Assembly (NCBI GenBank): GCA_002269645.1
Contig: NIVC01000855.1
Span: 1-33,984, forward strand
Reading direction: 5' to 3'
Source of the DNA: Macrostomum lignano
Lineage: Eukaryota
Length of the DNA stretch: 33,984 nucleotides
Part shown: one piece after another, positions 33,690 to 33,984 of the stretch
Position numbering within the stretch: the stretch's first letter is position 1
Layout: every line of letters starts with the position of its first letter
Notes under the pieces: model-generated
Told to the model about the DNA's origin: nothing
The model's database searches: none
Seen by the model: only the letters and a program-made list of their open reading frames with translations
Program-made: the position numbers and the translations under genes

Positions 33690-33984
33690 ATCCATGTGGT
33701 CCCAGTTATCCACCTGAAATTCCACATTAAGATCCCCATCCCCCATTATTAAGATCCCTAATCACCTGGAAAGTCCCATTAGGATCCCTACCCACCCACC
33801 TAAAAAATCCCATTAAGATCCCTAATCACCTGGAAAGTCCATTAGGAGATCCCCAATCACCCGGAAAGTCCCGTTAAGATCCCAAATCATCATCTGGAAA
33901 GTCCGTTAAGATCCCCAATCACCTATAAAATCCCGTTAAGATCCCCAATAATCATCTGGAAGTCCTGTTAAGATCCCCAATCAC
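33690..33984. repeat. ~29-32-bp minisatellite, truncated by the window end
   Basis: Unit taagatccccaatcacctggaaagtcccat. Confidence 0.88.

Overview
Eukaryotic (metazoan) genomic DNA. The GC-rich exons, poly-Ala/Gln tracts, C-rich splice acceptors and minisatellite-filled introns suggest a free-living flatworm such as Macrostomum lignano; this is an inference, not checked. Four protein-coding genes can be spliced by hand with consistent GT-AG phases. (1) A giant secreted mosaic protein on the minus strand (13006 to <1; 22 coding exons in the window, at least ~2,150 aa, running off the left edge): signal peptide, vWA, Cys-rich modules, EGF-like, VWD-C8-TIL, two ShK domains, then ~28 mostly cationic Cys-rich modules. 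(2) A Ly6/uPAR quiver-like GPI protein (minus, 16785-15526). (3) ABCF3/GCN20 (plus, 19647-24243, 5 exons, 735 aa). (4) A teashirt/TSHZ zinc-finger gene (minus, 33123-30554) whose frame is broken by about four apparent single-base losses. Most long ORFs in the supplied track at 7.9-9.2, 20.9-21.5 and 26.3-29.7 kb are read-throughs of minisatellites or low-complexity DNA. The most notable observations are the unusual adhesive/mucin-like protein and several minisatellites whose units are near-textbook transcription-factor sites: RFX X-box x7, ETS/AP-1 composite in a 29-unit array, and an ERE-like palindrome x29. Possible unresolved genes lie between 24.7 and 30.3 kb.
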